Shown here: one piece after another, positions 52,393-64,000 of the stretch
How the letters are laid out: each line of letters begins with the position of its first letter
Position numbering within the stretch: the first letter of the stretch is position 1
Assembly (NCBI RefSeq): GCF_963921235.1
Contig: NC_086097.1
Span: 201,874,001-201,938,000, forward strand
Direction of reading: 5' to 3'
From: Mobula hypostoma
Taxonomy: Eukaryota
DNA: 64,000 bases
Position numbers and translations under genes: made by a program
The notes under the pieces: model-generated
Database searches by the model: none
Told to the model about the DNA's origin: nothing
Seen by the model: the letters and a program-made list of their open reading frames with translations, nothing else

Positions 52393-53065
52393 CACAGTAC
52401 ATTGCCCTAGAATGTTCTCAGAATGTCAAGCAGCCCATAATTGTCTACTTGCTCAACCTGCTCTACTTTTGAGTAGATGTCCAAGAGAGAAGTTTCTCAA
52501 TTATGCCACCTCTGATTCTATTGAGAGGTCCTATGGTAGACAAATTTGCCCAATTGTAAATAACAGAGAAACATTTGGACAGTGCTATATAAGTTTGAAA
52601 TGTATATGAATGAACTGCATTCAAAAATTTAAAATATTAAGTAAACAAAAATATTAAACATTAGAATAAAATACAAAACAACTAGCTGCATTTGAATTAA
52701 CTCAGGTGGATAAAAAGTGTAAAATATCCAAAACGTACTTTTTTGCCTCACAGCTGTTCCGCTCCATTGAAATGAGCCAGGTCACTCAACCTGTGCCAGG
52801 TTAGACCTGCCAATGAAAGGTCATCAACCTGAAATATTAGCTCCATTTCTCTCTCCTCAGATGCTGCCTATCCAGTAAATTTTACTTCATATACTAATTA
52901 GAAAAAATAAATCAGATTATTACTTGTTTTCTCCTAACCAAGAATCAAGTTTTATTTCAGAAATTATAGGCACTAAAATATTGTATCTTAAAACTCACTA
53001 AATGTAATTACTGATGTGTGTCTCAAACTTGTAGTAATCTAAAATAACATTGTCAATACACAAAG

Positions 53066-55732
53066 TCATAGAAAAGTACAGCACAGAAACAGGCCCTTTG
53101 GCCCACCTGGTCAGTGCCAAACAATTTAAACTGCCTACTTCCATTTCACACAGAGAGTGGTGCGTGCGTGGAATACACTGCCAGTGAAGGTGATACAGGC
53201 AGATAAGGATCTTTTAAGAGACTCTTTGGTAGGTACATGGAGCTTAGTAAAATAGAAGGCTATGCAGTAGGAAAATGCTAGGCAGCTTTTAGAGTAGGTA
53301 ACATGGTCGGCACAACAAGGGCCTGTAATGTGCTGTAGATTTTCTATGTTCTATGAGCTGCACCAGGACCATAGTCCTCCACACCCCTACTATCCATGTA
53401 CCTATCCAAACTTCTTTTAAATGTTAAGTTGGAGGAAGAGCTAAGACAACTCAAAACAGCAACTCCTTTGCTTGCATCTTCGGAAACAGCTATATTTCCA
53501 TCTTTAATATCTTTATTTTTCCCTTTCAGGGTTCTTTTGAAGAACCTGACCTGGATTTACACGCTGACTTAGGTTCTTTGCAGGAATGGGACCCATTCTC
53601 GGGGTTTCAGGACTGGCTGTTGTTGTTCGGCACGCCAAGGGTTCAGCCTGAGAGTCCGGCTTGAATTCGAAAGCCTAAGATCTCGAGGCTCTGGATCGAG
53701 GGTCGGTGCCATGGCAGGAGACTCGTGTGTTGTCGGGGAGACCAGAAAATCTTTCACTGCGGGCCTGAAGACCTGAGATCTTTGCGATCTACAGGCACAG
53801 AGCTCATAAAAAGCAACGAAATGGACTTTTTAACATCGTAAACCAGCAAGTTGTTGTTATGCCTCCCGTTCGCTGTGAAAATAAGGGACACCTTCCTCTC
53901 CCTTATTAGGGAGAGTGAGAACCTGTGGGTTGTCGAATGCCGAATGAAATGCAATAGTTTTTGGGGTAACTGCAAGGTCTGTGTCTTTGCTATCGCTTAG
54001 CTCACCTTTGTGCTCAGTAGCGGGTGCGCTTTTTTTGCTGGGGGTAGAGGGATCGCTGCTTGCTGCCGCTTATACGTGGGAAGGGGGAGCTGGAGCGGGG
54101 ACTTTGGGGTTCTCACATTTAACTATCGTTCATTCTTTGGGGCACTTCTGTTTTCATGGATGTTTGCGAAGAAAAAGTATTTCAGGATGTATATTGTATA
54201 CATTTCTCTAACATTAAATTGAACCTTTGAACCTTTGAAATATTGAAATGGGGCTTGCATGCACCACTTGTGTTGGCAACTCATTCCGCACTCTCACAAC
54301 TCTCTGAGTGAAGGTGATTCACACATGTTCCCCTTAAGTTTTTCACCTTTCACCCTTAACCCATGACCTCTAGTTGTAATCCCACCCAATCTCAGTGGAA
54401 AAAGCCTCCTTGCATTTAGCCTATCTACACCCCTCATCATTTTGTATGCCTCCATCAAATCTCCTTTTAATCTTTTAAGTTCCAAGGAATAAAACCCTAA
54501 CCTATTCAATCCTTCCATATAAATCAGGTCCTCCAGAAAATGGCAACATCCTTGTAAATTTGTTCTGTACTCTTTCAACCTTATTTACATCTTTCCTGTA
54601 GGTAAGTGACCATATCTGTACACAATACTCCAATTTAGCCCTCGCCAATGTCTTACACAACTTCAATATAACATCCCGTCTCCTGAATTCAATAATTTGA
54701 TTTATGAAGACCAATATGCCAAAAGCTTTCTTTACAACCCTATCAACCTATGACACCACTTTCAATGAATTATGGACCTGTATTCACAGATCCCTTTGTT
54801 CTACTGCGCTCCTCAATGCCTTACCATTCACTGTGTAAGATCTACCCTGGTTGGTCCTACTGAAGGGCAACAGCTCAGGCTTGGCTGCATCAAATTCCAT
54901 CTGTCATCTTTCATCCCATTTTTCCAGCTGGTCCAGATACCACTACAAGCCACAATAGTCTTCCTCACTATCTACTGCACTCCCAATCTTGTGTCATCCA
55001 CAAATTTGCTCATCAAGTTAACCACATTATCATCCAGATCGTTGACATAGATAGCAAACAACAGTGGACCCAGCACCAATCCCTGCAGCACTCCACTAGT
55101 CACGGGCCTCCAGAGAGACAACCAATTACTACGACTCTCTGGCTCCTCCCATAAAGCCAATGTCTAATCCAATTTACTACCTCATCTAGAATACCGAGTG
55201 ACTGAATCTTCTTGACCAACTTTCCATGTGGGATCTTGTCAAATGCCTTGCTGAAGTTCATGTAGGCAACATCCACTGCCTTGCCTTCATCAACTTTCCT
55301 GGAAACTTCCTCAAAAAACACTAGAAGATTGGCTACACATGGCCTATGCATGAAGCCATGCTGATTATCCTTAATCAGACTATGTCTATCCAAATACTTA
55401 TATACTGAGTCCCTTAGAATACCTTCCAATAACATTCGCACAACTGATGTCAGGCTCACCAGCCTGTAACTTCCTGGTTTATCTTTAGAGCCCTTCTTAA
55501 ACAGAGAAACAACACTGGTTATCTTCCAGTCCTCTGGTACCTCTCCTGTCACTAAGGATGATTTAAATATTCTTGCATTGAAATATACACTGCCCAAGAC
55601 ATCAGCTGCACCACGCTCAACCTTTTGATTCCTGAATTTGTCTGAGGTCTTAACAACATCTGCCCCCACAACCTCCCTACTATTTGTTCTGGGAATCTGG
55701 TTCCCATCCCACTGCAACTCTAGTTTAAACCA
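53066..55732 (-). mobile_element. CR1 LINE, internally deleted, with nested insertions (sense CR1 tail ~53145-53355; 53428-54239)
   Basis: FKKGSKDKPGSYRLVSLTS, FSKAFDKIPH, SGVLQG, LEYCVQIWS; ORF1/ORF2 junction near 55700-55730. Confidence 0.88.
53428..54239 (+). mobile_element. Non-autonomous retroposon with (TTTGAACC)n tail
   Basis: Interrupts the CR1 at aaatgtt...aaatatt; CpG-containing body; ends cattaaattgaacctttgaacctttgaa. Confidence 0.65.
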
Positions 55733-58390
55733 TGAAAAAAAATGTTAAAAATATTTACACTGGGAACATCTCTAGAATAAAACGAGGTAGATCAAACTGG
55801 CTAATTCCATTCCTTAAGCAAACTCACTTTTACTCTTTCAGAGTGGTTTTGTAGCTGGCAAAGGTGGCAGAATATGTTTGACCATTGAGCCATTAACTTA
55901 CGTGGCAATATAGGAATTTAGAAATTTCAGCAGAAAAGCAAACATTCAGATTAAAAGTTATTAGGTAGTACATGCAATATTTCAAAGAAGAATTCAAATA
56001 ATTTTTACCTTCGAATACAAAAGCATTTATGATAAAACACCAAAAAATACACATCATAATATTTTCTGCAAAGGAAACCCCTTGGTGACAGCTATGAGGC
56101 CATACAAGTAATGGAACTCTCAGTCATGAAAGACAAAAATATAGTAGACCAAATGGACAACAGGTTAAGTACTGGAACTAACAGCAGATATAAACAAAAA
56201 AATAGTAATAACCGAATGCAAAAGATATTCCAAAACTAATTCAGTTCAATGATATGATATGAAAAGATGGTCTTCATAACTGTTAAGGAAATTTGTTCAA
56301 AGTAACTAAGCAGGATATATTTTACTTTCGGGGTGCAAGGAGATTAAATGTCTTGGAAACAAACTACACCTTTGCATGGTGCCAATCAAATTAATATGTT
56401 GGTTCAACCTTGGGCGAGGTCAAAATCAAATCCAGTTTTTAAGGTTAGAATGAGGGAGCTAATGGAACCCAGTTATCCTATGGAAAAAGGAAAAAGAACA
56501 GGAAAAGAAAAGAGTGAGTTTGGTGAATAGAAAATAAGAAGGAAAGCGAGGCAGTTGGAATTAGTAGCACCAGAACAACATTTCATTTTCAACTCTTGCT
56601 TTCTACTGCAATACTGATGCAAATCCCAGAGAAACTGTTAGCAAGGAATCAGCAAAACCTGCTAAAAATTGACCTCTCCTGGAAAAATGGATTCTTGCCA
56701 GGAGAAGTGAGTAGAGCACTTTCTAATCATAGATGAGGGCATGCATCATGGTCATGCAGTCATTCAGCACTTTCTAAAATAGGTTAAAACATCATATTTA
56801 CTTGTCACTGAAATTGTGAGTGATGGAATAAAATGAACAATGAACAGAAGGTGCAAAGTAGAAATTAAATTAAAGCCATGGCTCAACATTATTCAACACA
56901 TTTAAAATTGGAGACGGAGCCAAGTCCAAATGGAAACTACTCAACCATATATATGTACACTGAATCTGTCAAAATCTGACTGACACAGTTTAACAAGACG
57001 GAATATTTATACTATAAATGTGTATAAGTGTACAACAAACAGCTGTCTGAACATGACTATAACCAAAGGCAAAAAGCTGTGAATGGGTGACTATACATTT
57101 CTAAGTAGCTGTTAGGAAAAAGCTCAATAAATATCACAAAAGATCAGAAATGGAGATTAGGGGGAGACTGAGAGGGAATGAAAAAGGACCTTCATAAAAC
57201 TAGAAGAATATATAGCTTAAGATTCAACTGCAAGGTTAAAAATGGGTAAGTTTACAGATATTCAGCTATCTTTATACCTACACTGAGTATACTTAATAAT
57301 CTGTGGTGTTAACTGGCTACAAAGGAGAGAAATGTCCTTTAGATAAGAGTAGGCCATATATCTGTACAATCAATAACTCAAACACAAAATGAGATACTGT
57401 AATTTTGTAAAATCCCATCACACTGACACCTACTGGCAAGATTTTCACAAATGGTTTAGATGAAAAATATGTCCCACACACTTCAACGTATGGTGGATAA
57501 GCAAAAGATATCAATTGCACTTTACCAAATTTCTTGAATGTACAAGTCATAACATAAACAGAAATGATAAATTCTGTAATAATCTTCACAAACACTATGA
57601 GAACATGAAAGCTTTATGCAATGCCGTACAAGTTATCTGGCACCGACTACATTTGATTAATGTGAATACACTTTCCCAACAGTGTACATATCTGTAAAAA
57701 AAAGCACAGGGCAAAATATTTGATGAGGCCATTAGACAAAGATGAGCGCAAACACAAGAAGATATCTCTTCTTGCAATAATTATGATTATTCCCTGATTT
57801 TAAAAAAAGCAAAATAATTTTGGATTTTGTTTTTCAGCTGGAATAAACTCCAGGACGGAAACTTCCTTTGAGTAGAGCAGGAGATCTCTGGCTAAGGTTT
57901 GCCCTTCAACCACCATTACCAAATGGAGAAATTAAACAGCCATCGTCACATTAATGTTCTTGGAAATTCGTATATAGGAAATCTTAAAGGTTGCAAATAG
58001 TGCTATTTAAATGTAGGTCTGTTTTAAGGCAAGCCATTCTCAATAGTAGTCAACTTTTTTTTATACCACGGACCCCTACCATCAACTGTGGACCCCAGAT
58101 TGGGAACCTCTGAGTTAACTTAATTTTCTGCTAAATAAACCAAAAACAGGTAACATTTAGAAGCCTTTTCACATTTTTTTCTAATCTTCTCTTCAATTAC
58201 GCAGTTCTGTGCTAGTAATATGCATACTGCATCATCAACTTCACTCAGTCACAGCAGCATGTATTGTAAGGATGGCAAAGTCAGAGAGCTGCATCTGCTA
58301 CATGCATGCACAAGTTTGAGGAGAATATTCAGCAGCACATTCTGGAAAATTCAAGTTATAGTGATCAACAATTAGAAAAAGAATTATAAG

Positions 58391-60410
58391 GCCATAAGAC
58401 ATAGGAGCAGAATTAAGCCTTATGGCCTATCAAGTCTGCTCCTCCATTTCATCAGAGCTGATCCAATTCCCTCTCAACCCCATTCTCCTGCCTTCTCCCC
58501 GTAATCTTTCATGCCCTGACTAATCAAGAACAAATTAACCTCCACCTTAAATAGATCCAATGACCAGGCCTCCACAGCCACCTATGGCAACAAATTCCAC
58601 AGATTCATCACCTTTTGGCTAAAGGAATTTCTCCTCATCTCCATTCTAAATGTATATCCCTCAATTCTGAGTTTGCGCCCTCTGATGCAAGACTCATCCA
58701 CTATAGGAAACATCCACTACCTAGGTCCTTCAACATTTGATAGGGTTTAATCAAATTCCACCCCCCACCCCAAAATCATTCTTCTAAATTCTAGCAAATA
58801 CAGGTCCAGAGCTGTCAAAAGCTCATACGATAAGCCTTTCATTTCCAGAATCAGTTTTGAGAATCTCCTTTGAACTTTCTCCAATGTCAGCTCATCCTTT
58901 CTAAGATGAGTGGCCCAAAACTGTTCACTATATTCCAAGTGAGGCTTCACCAGTGCCTTATAAAGCCTCTGTATTACATCCTTGTTTTTTATATTCTAGT
59001 CCTCTCAAAATGAATGCTAACATTGCATTTGCCTTCCTCACCACTTGACTGCAAATTAACCTTTAGGGAATCCTGCATGAGGACTCAAGTTCCTTTGCAC
59101 CTTGGATTTTTAAGTTTTCTCCATGATTAGAAAGTAGTCTACAGTTTTATTCCTTCTACCAAAGTAAGCTTCCCGACACTGTATTCCACCTGCGACTTCT
59201 TTTCCCATTCTCCTGATCTGTCTATAAGTCCTTCTGCAGCCTCCTTACTTCATCAACACAGCTGCCGCTCCACCCATCTTTGTATCATTTGCAAATCTGG
59301 CTACAAAGCCGTCAATTCCATCAACCACATCAACCAAATCATTGACATACAACATTAAAAGAAACGGATCCAACACTAACCCCTGTGGAACACCACTAAT
59401 CACTGGCAACCAATCAGAAGGGTCCCCATTATTCCCACTCTTCGCCTCTTGCCAATGAGCCAAAGCTCCATCCATTCTAGTATCATTCATTAATACCATG
59501 GGCTCTTATCTTGCTAAATAGCTTCATTTCTGGCACTTTCTCAAAAGCTTTCTAAAAATCCAAGTACAGTACAAATATCCACCCTCCACCAATTCCCCAT
59601 TATCTATACTACTTATTATTTCCTCAGAGAATTCCAACAGATTTGTCAGGCAAGATTTTTCCTTAAAGAACCTGTACTGACTTTGTGCCTCCAAATACCC
59701 CAAAACCTCATCCTTAGCAATCAACTCCAACGTCTTACCAACCACTGAGGTCAGTCTAACTGGCTTATAATTTCCTTTCTTCTGCCTCCCTCCTTCCTTG
59801 AAGAGTAGAGTGATATTTGCAATTTTCCAGTCCTCTGGAATCATGCCAGAATCTATTGATTATTGAAAGATCATTAGTAATGCCTCCATAAACTTTTCAC
59901 CTACCTCTTTCAGAACCCTGAGGTGTAGTCCATCTGGTCCAGCTAACCTATCGCCTTCAGGCCTTTTAGCTTCCCAAGTACCTGTATTCCTTTCTGCCCC
60001 TTGACACTTTCCAACTTCCAGCATACTGCTAGTGTCTTCCACAGTGAAGACAGATGCAAAATATTTATTCAGTCTATCCGCCTTTTCCTTATCCCACATT
60101 ACTACCTCTCTAATGTCATTCTCCAGCAGACCAATATTTACTCTCGTCTCTCTATATCTGTACAAATTTTTGGTATCCTCTTTGATATTACTGGTTAGCT
60201 TACCTTCATATTTCATTTCTCCCTCCTTATGGCTTTTTAGTTGCCTTCTATTGATTTTTAAAAGCTTCCCAATTCTCTAATTTCCCACTAATTCTTGCTC
60301 GATTATATGCCCTCTCTTTTGCTTTTATGTTGGCATTGACTCCCTTGCAGGCCATGGCTGCATCATCCTGCCTTTAGAATTCTACTTCTTTGGGATGTAT
60401 CCATCCTGAA
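58391..60410 (-). mobile_element. CR1 LINE ORF2 fragment, degenerate
   Basis: Homologous to 11680-13740; GNYKPVRLTSVVGK, SGVPQG, many frameshifts. Confidence 0.92.
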
Positions 60411-60469
60411 ACTTACTTGTCCTTGCTAATGGATCACAATTTGATTGGGCCACCAGAAAACTGCCAATA

Positions 60470-62478
60470 GCCCATGAAAGCTTCATTTTTAAATCTCACT
60501 CATGGAACTGTGAGTTGCCTCCTTCTGAAGACTTTGCAAAGCGTCACTTAGAAGACACTGTAGTGGTTGGATGAGACTAAAGTGGAACTTTTTAGCCTCA
60601 ACACTAAGTGGTACATATGGTGCAAAACTAATACTGTGCATCAGCCAGATAATGCAAAACCTACTGTAAAGTACGGTGGAGGTTGCATCAGATATGGGGA
60701 TGCTTTTCAGCAGCAAGGACTGGAAATCTGGTCAGGATTAATAGGAAGATGAAGGCAGCTAAATACAGAGAGATCCTGGATAACCACCTGCTAGTATTAA
60801 TCATTAGGTATTAATATTGAAGTAGTAAAATGGATTCAGCAGTGGCTGGATGGGAGATGCCAGAGAATGGTGGTGGAAAACAGTTTGTCAGATTGGAGGC
60901 TGGTGACTAGTGGTGTGCCTCAGGGATCTGTACTGGGTCCAATGTTATTTGTCATGTACATTAATGATCTGGATGATGGGGTGGCAAATTGGATGAGTAA
61001 GTATGCAGATGATACTAAGATGGGTGGAGTTGTGGATAATAAAGTAGGTTTTCAAATATTGCAGAGAGATTTAGGCCAGTTAGAAGAGTGGGCTGAAAGA
61101 TGGCAGATGGAGTTTAATGCAGATAAATGTGAGGTGCTACACTTTGGTAGGACTAATCAAAATAGGACATACATGGTAAATGGTAGGGCATTGAAGAATG
61201 CAGTAGAACAGAGGGATCTAAGAAAAACGGTGCATAGTTCCCTGAAGGTGGAATCTCATGTGGATAGGGTGGTGAAGAAAGCTTTTGGTATGCTGGCCTT
61301 TATAAATCAGAGCATTGAGTATAGGAGTTGGGATGTAATGTTGAAATTGTACAAGGCGTTGGTGAGGCCAAATTTGGAGTATTGTGCACAGTTTTGGTCA
61401 CCAAATTATAGGAAGGATGTCAACAAAATAGAGAAAGTACAGAGAAGATTTACTAGAATGTTACCTGGGTTTCATTACCTAAGTTACACAGAAAGGTTGA
61501 ACAAGTTGGGTCTTTATTCTTTGGAACGTAGAAGGTTGTGGGGGGACTTGATAGAGGTATTTAAAATTATGAGGGGGATAGATAGAGTTGACGTGGATAG
61601 GCTTTTTCCGTTGAGAGTGGGGGATATTCAAACAAGAGGACATGAGTTGAGAGTTAAAGGGCAAAAGTTTAGGGGTAACATGAGGGGGAACTTCTTTACT
61701 CAAGAGAGTACTGGCTGTGTGGAACGAGCTTCCAGCAGAAGTGGTTGAGGTAGGTTTGATATTGTCGTTTAAAGTTAAACTGTACAGCTATATGGACAGG
61801 AAAGGAATGGAGGGTTATGGGCTGAGTGCAGGTCGGTGGGACTAGGTGAGTGTTCGGCACGGACTAGAAGGGCCGAGATGGCCTGTTTCCATGCTGTAAT
61901 TGTTATATGGTTATATAGTATCTGCACAAAGCTTAAACTGGAGAGGAAGTTTGTCTTTCAGCAGGACAACTACTCAATGCACACTGCCAGAGCTACTATG
62001 GAGTGCTTTCACATGAGAGATTGATGTCCTTGAATGGCCCAGAGTCTTGATCTTAATCTGATCTAACATCTCTGGCAAAGCCTCAAGATCGCTATCCACC
62101 ACCGCTCCCCAAATAACCTGGCACAGTTTGAGCAAGTTTGCAAGGAGGAATGAGCAAATTGTGCTCCATTACATTGTGCAAAACCAGCAGAGATTTATCC
62201 AAAAAGACTACTGGCTGTGCCAGCTACAAGTAGTGGGTCAACTCTGTACTGAGCAAAGAGAGAGGAATTATTTTGAACTGCTGACATTTCAGTTTTTGAA
62301 TTTTTTAGTTTTACATCCTTTACAAGTCTTCCTGATTTCTTGCGGGCTCTGCTGTGGAAAAAAAAAGAGCATGTGATTCACAAATAAAAATTCTCAGTTA
62401 AATTGATCAAGATTCCTGGTTGTAATACTCATTTATGTGAGCAAGGGGTTAGGGGCTGAATACTTTCACAAGGCACTG
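60470..62478 (+). mobile_element. Tc1-family transposon (same family as 50057-52392), left end lost, split by a CR1
   Basis: DETKVELF, PTVKYGGG, FVFQQDN; right end gaatactttcacaaggcactg|TA. Confidence 0.88.
60798..61915 (+). mobile_element. Young 5'-truncated CR1 LINE (293-aa open RT C-terminal part) inserted in the Tc1 transposase
   Basis: ORF 60867-61748 with SGVPQGSVLGP, KYADD and RPNLEYC; (gttatatg)n tail; TAGTAT at both junctions. Confidence 0.93.
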
Positions 62479-63329
62479 TATTTTTAAACAGCTCCTGCTG
62501 CACAATAAAAGGCAACATTGAGGCATCACAAAGGCTAAGATGCATCCTGTCACAAGCTCACCCTCACATCAGGGGTCCAGCCCAGACTCTCTCATGACTA
62601 CAAAGCACACTACCAACCCAAACACTAAATGCAAAAATCGTAAAGCTACAACATAGGGCTACAGTAAAATGATCTTCTTGACAAACTCAGTGGGTCAAGC
62701 AGCATCTATGGAAGGAAAGGGATTATCAATAATTCAGGTCCATACCAGGACTGAATGTGGAAAGGGATGGCAACCAGAACAAAGAGAAAAGGGGGAGTAG
62801 TGAAACAAGGGCCAATCAGTGACGAGACGAGATGTACCCTAGATGACAGAAAATGCAAGCAATAGAATTAAGGAATCCCATAATCAAAGCTCTATAATTC
62901 CTTCATGTCAAGTCTAGATAGTGCTGGGCAGTGAAAGGAGACAGTTCCAAGAAATTACTGTACTGAATGGTGGCAGAGCCCAAGCTATGAGTACCAAAAA
63001 CAATGCCAACGCTTTCATTACCATTTTCAATTAGAAGTGTCAAATGCAAGTCAATTTTTTCCTGAGATCCCCTCCATAAGAAATGCCAGACTTCAGCTAA
63101 TTCAAATCACTTCAAGTAATGGTTGACAGCAAAAGCAGTAGCATTTAAGACTCAGGAGCTGCTGTGCATCTGGCCAACTAATTCTCATATAATGGCAGCT
63201 ACTTAACAATTCAAAACTGCCCATAATTGTGCAATAAAATGCAGAGTATATCTAATCAGATTAAATATCACATGAAAGAAAAATAGAGGGCTATGTGGGA
63301 AGGAAGGGTTAGATTGAGCTTGGAGTAGG

Positions 63330-63931
63330 TTAGCTTTCATAAGTCGAGGGATAGAGTTTAAGAGTCGCAACGTAATGATGCAGCTCTATAAAACTCTGGT
63401 TAGGCCACACTTGGAGTACTGTGTCCAGTCCTGGTCGCCTCACTATAGGAAGGATGTGGAAGCATTAGAAAGGGAACAGAGGAGATTTACCAGGATGCTG
63501 CCTGGTTTAGGGAGTATGGATTATGATCAGAGATTAAGGGAGCTAGGGCTTTACTCTTTGGAGAGAAGGAGGATGAGAAGAGGAGACATGATAGAGGTGT
63601 ACAAGATAATAAAAGGAATAGATAGAGTGGATAGCCAGCGCCTCTTCCCCAGGGCACCACTGCTCAATACAAGGGGACATGGCTTTAAGGTAAGGGGTGG
63701 GAAGTTCAAGGGGGATATTAGAGGAAGGTTTTTTACTCAGAGAGTGGTTGGTGCATGGAATTCTCTGCCTGAGTCAGTGGTGGAGGCAGATACACTAGTG
63801 AAATTTAACAGACTACTAGCTAGGTACATGGAGGAATTTAAGTTGGGGGGTTATATGGAAGGCAGGGTTTGAGGGTCAACACAACATTGTGGACCGAAAG
63901 GCCTGTACTGTACTGTCCTGTGTTCTATGGT
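63330..63931 (+). mobile_element. CR1 LINE 3' fragment
   Basis: ORF 63375-63872 LYKTLVRPHLEYC...FFTQRVVGAWNSLP; CR1 3' UTR. Confidence 0.93.
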
Positions 63932-64000
63932 CTTTCTCAGTCACTTGCAAAGTCAAGTGAGTATAATTGATATTGCAGCCATATAGCATTTACTCACCAA

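Overview
Repeat-dominated vertebrate genomic DNA, most likely from a cartilaginous fish (inferred from the CR1, Rex1, Neptune-type Penelope and V-SINE repeat content). It is not prokaryotic; no CRISPR, rRNA or true tRNA genes were seen. The only convincing host coding sequence is a 305-nt internal exon (7974-8278, minus strand) of a NOL4/NOL4L-family gene, so the rest of the window is probably intron. Those introns hold nested mobile elements: CR1, Rex1/Babar, L1 and RTE LINEs, Tc1, Tigger/pogo and hAT-Charlie DNA transposons, a V-SINE and a probable solo LTR. The most interesting system is a young Penelope-like retroelement family. It comprises a copy with an uninterrupted RT+GIY-YIG frame, an 11-bp target-site duplication and an intact minimal hammerhead ribozyme (26536-29352); several derivative copies; and a separate ~286-bp fold-back element with two inverted hammerhead-like arms and a 13-bp TSD (15136-15421). 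Family names come from motif recognition by eye, not database searches. Boundaries of old repeats are approximate.
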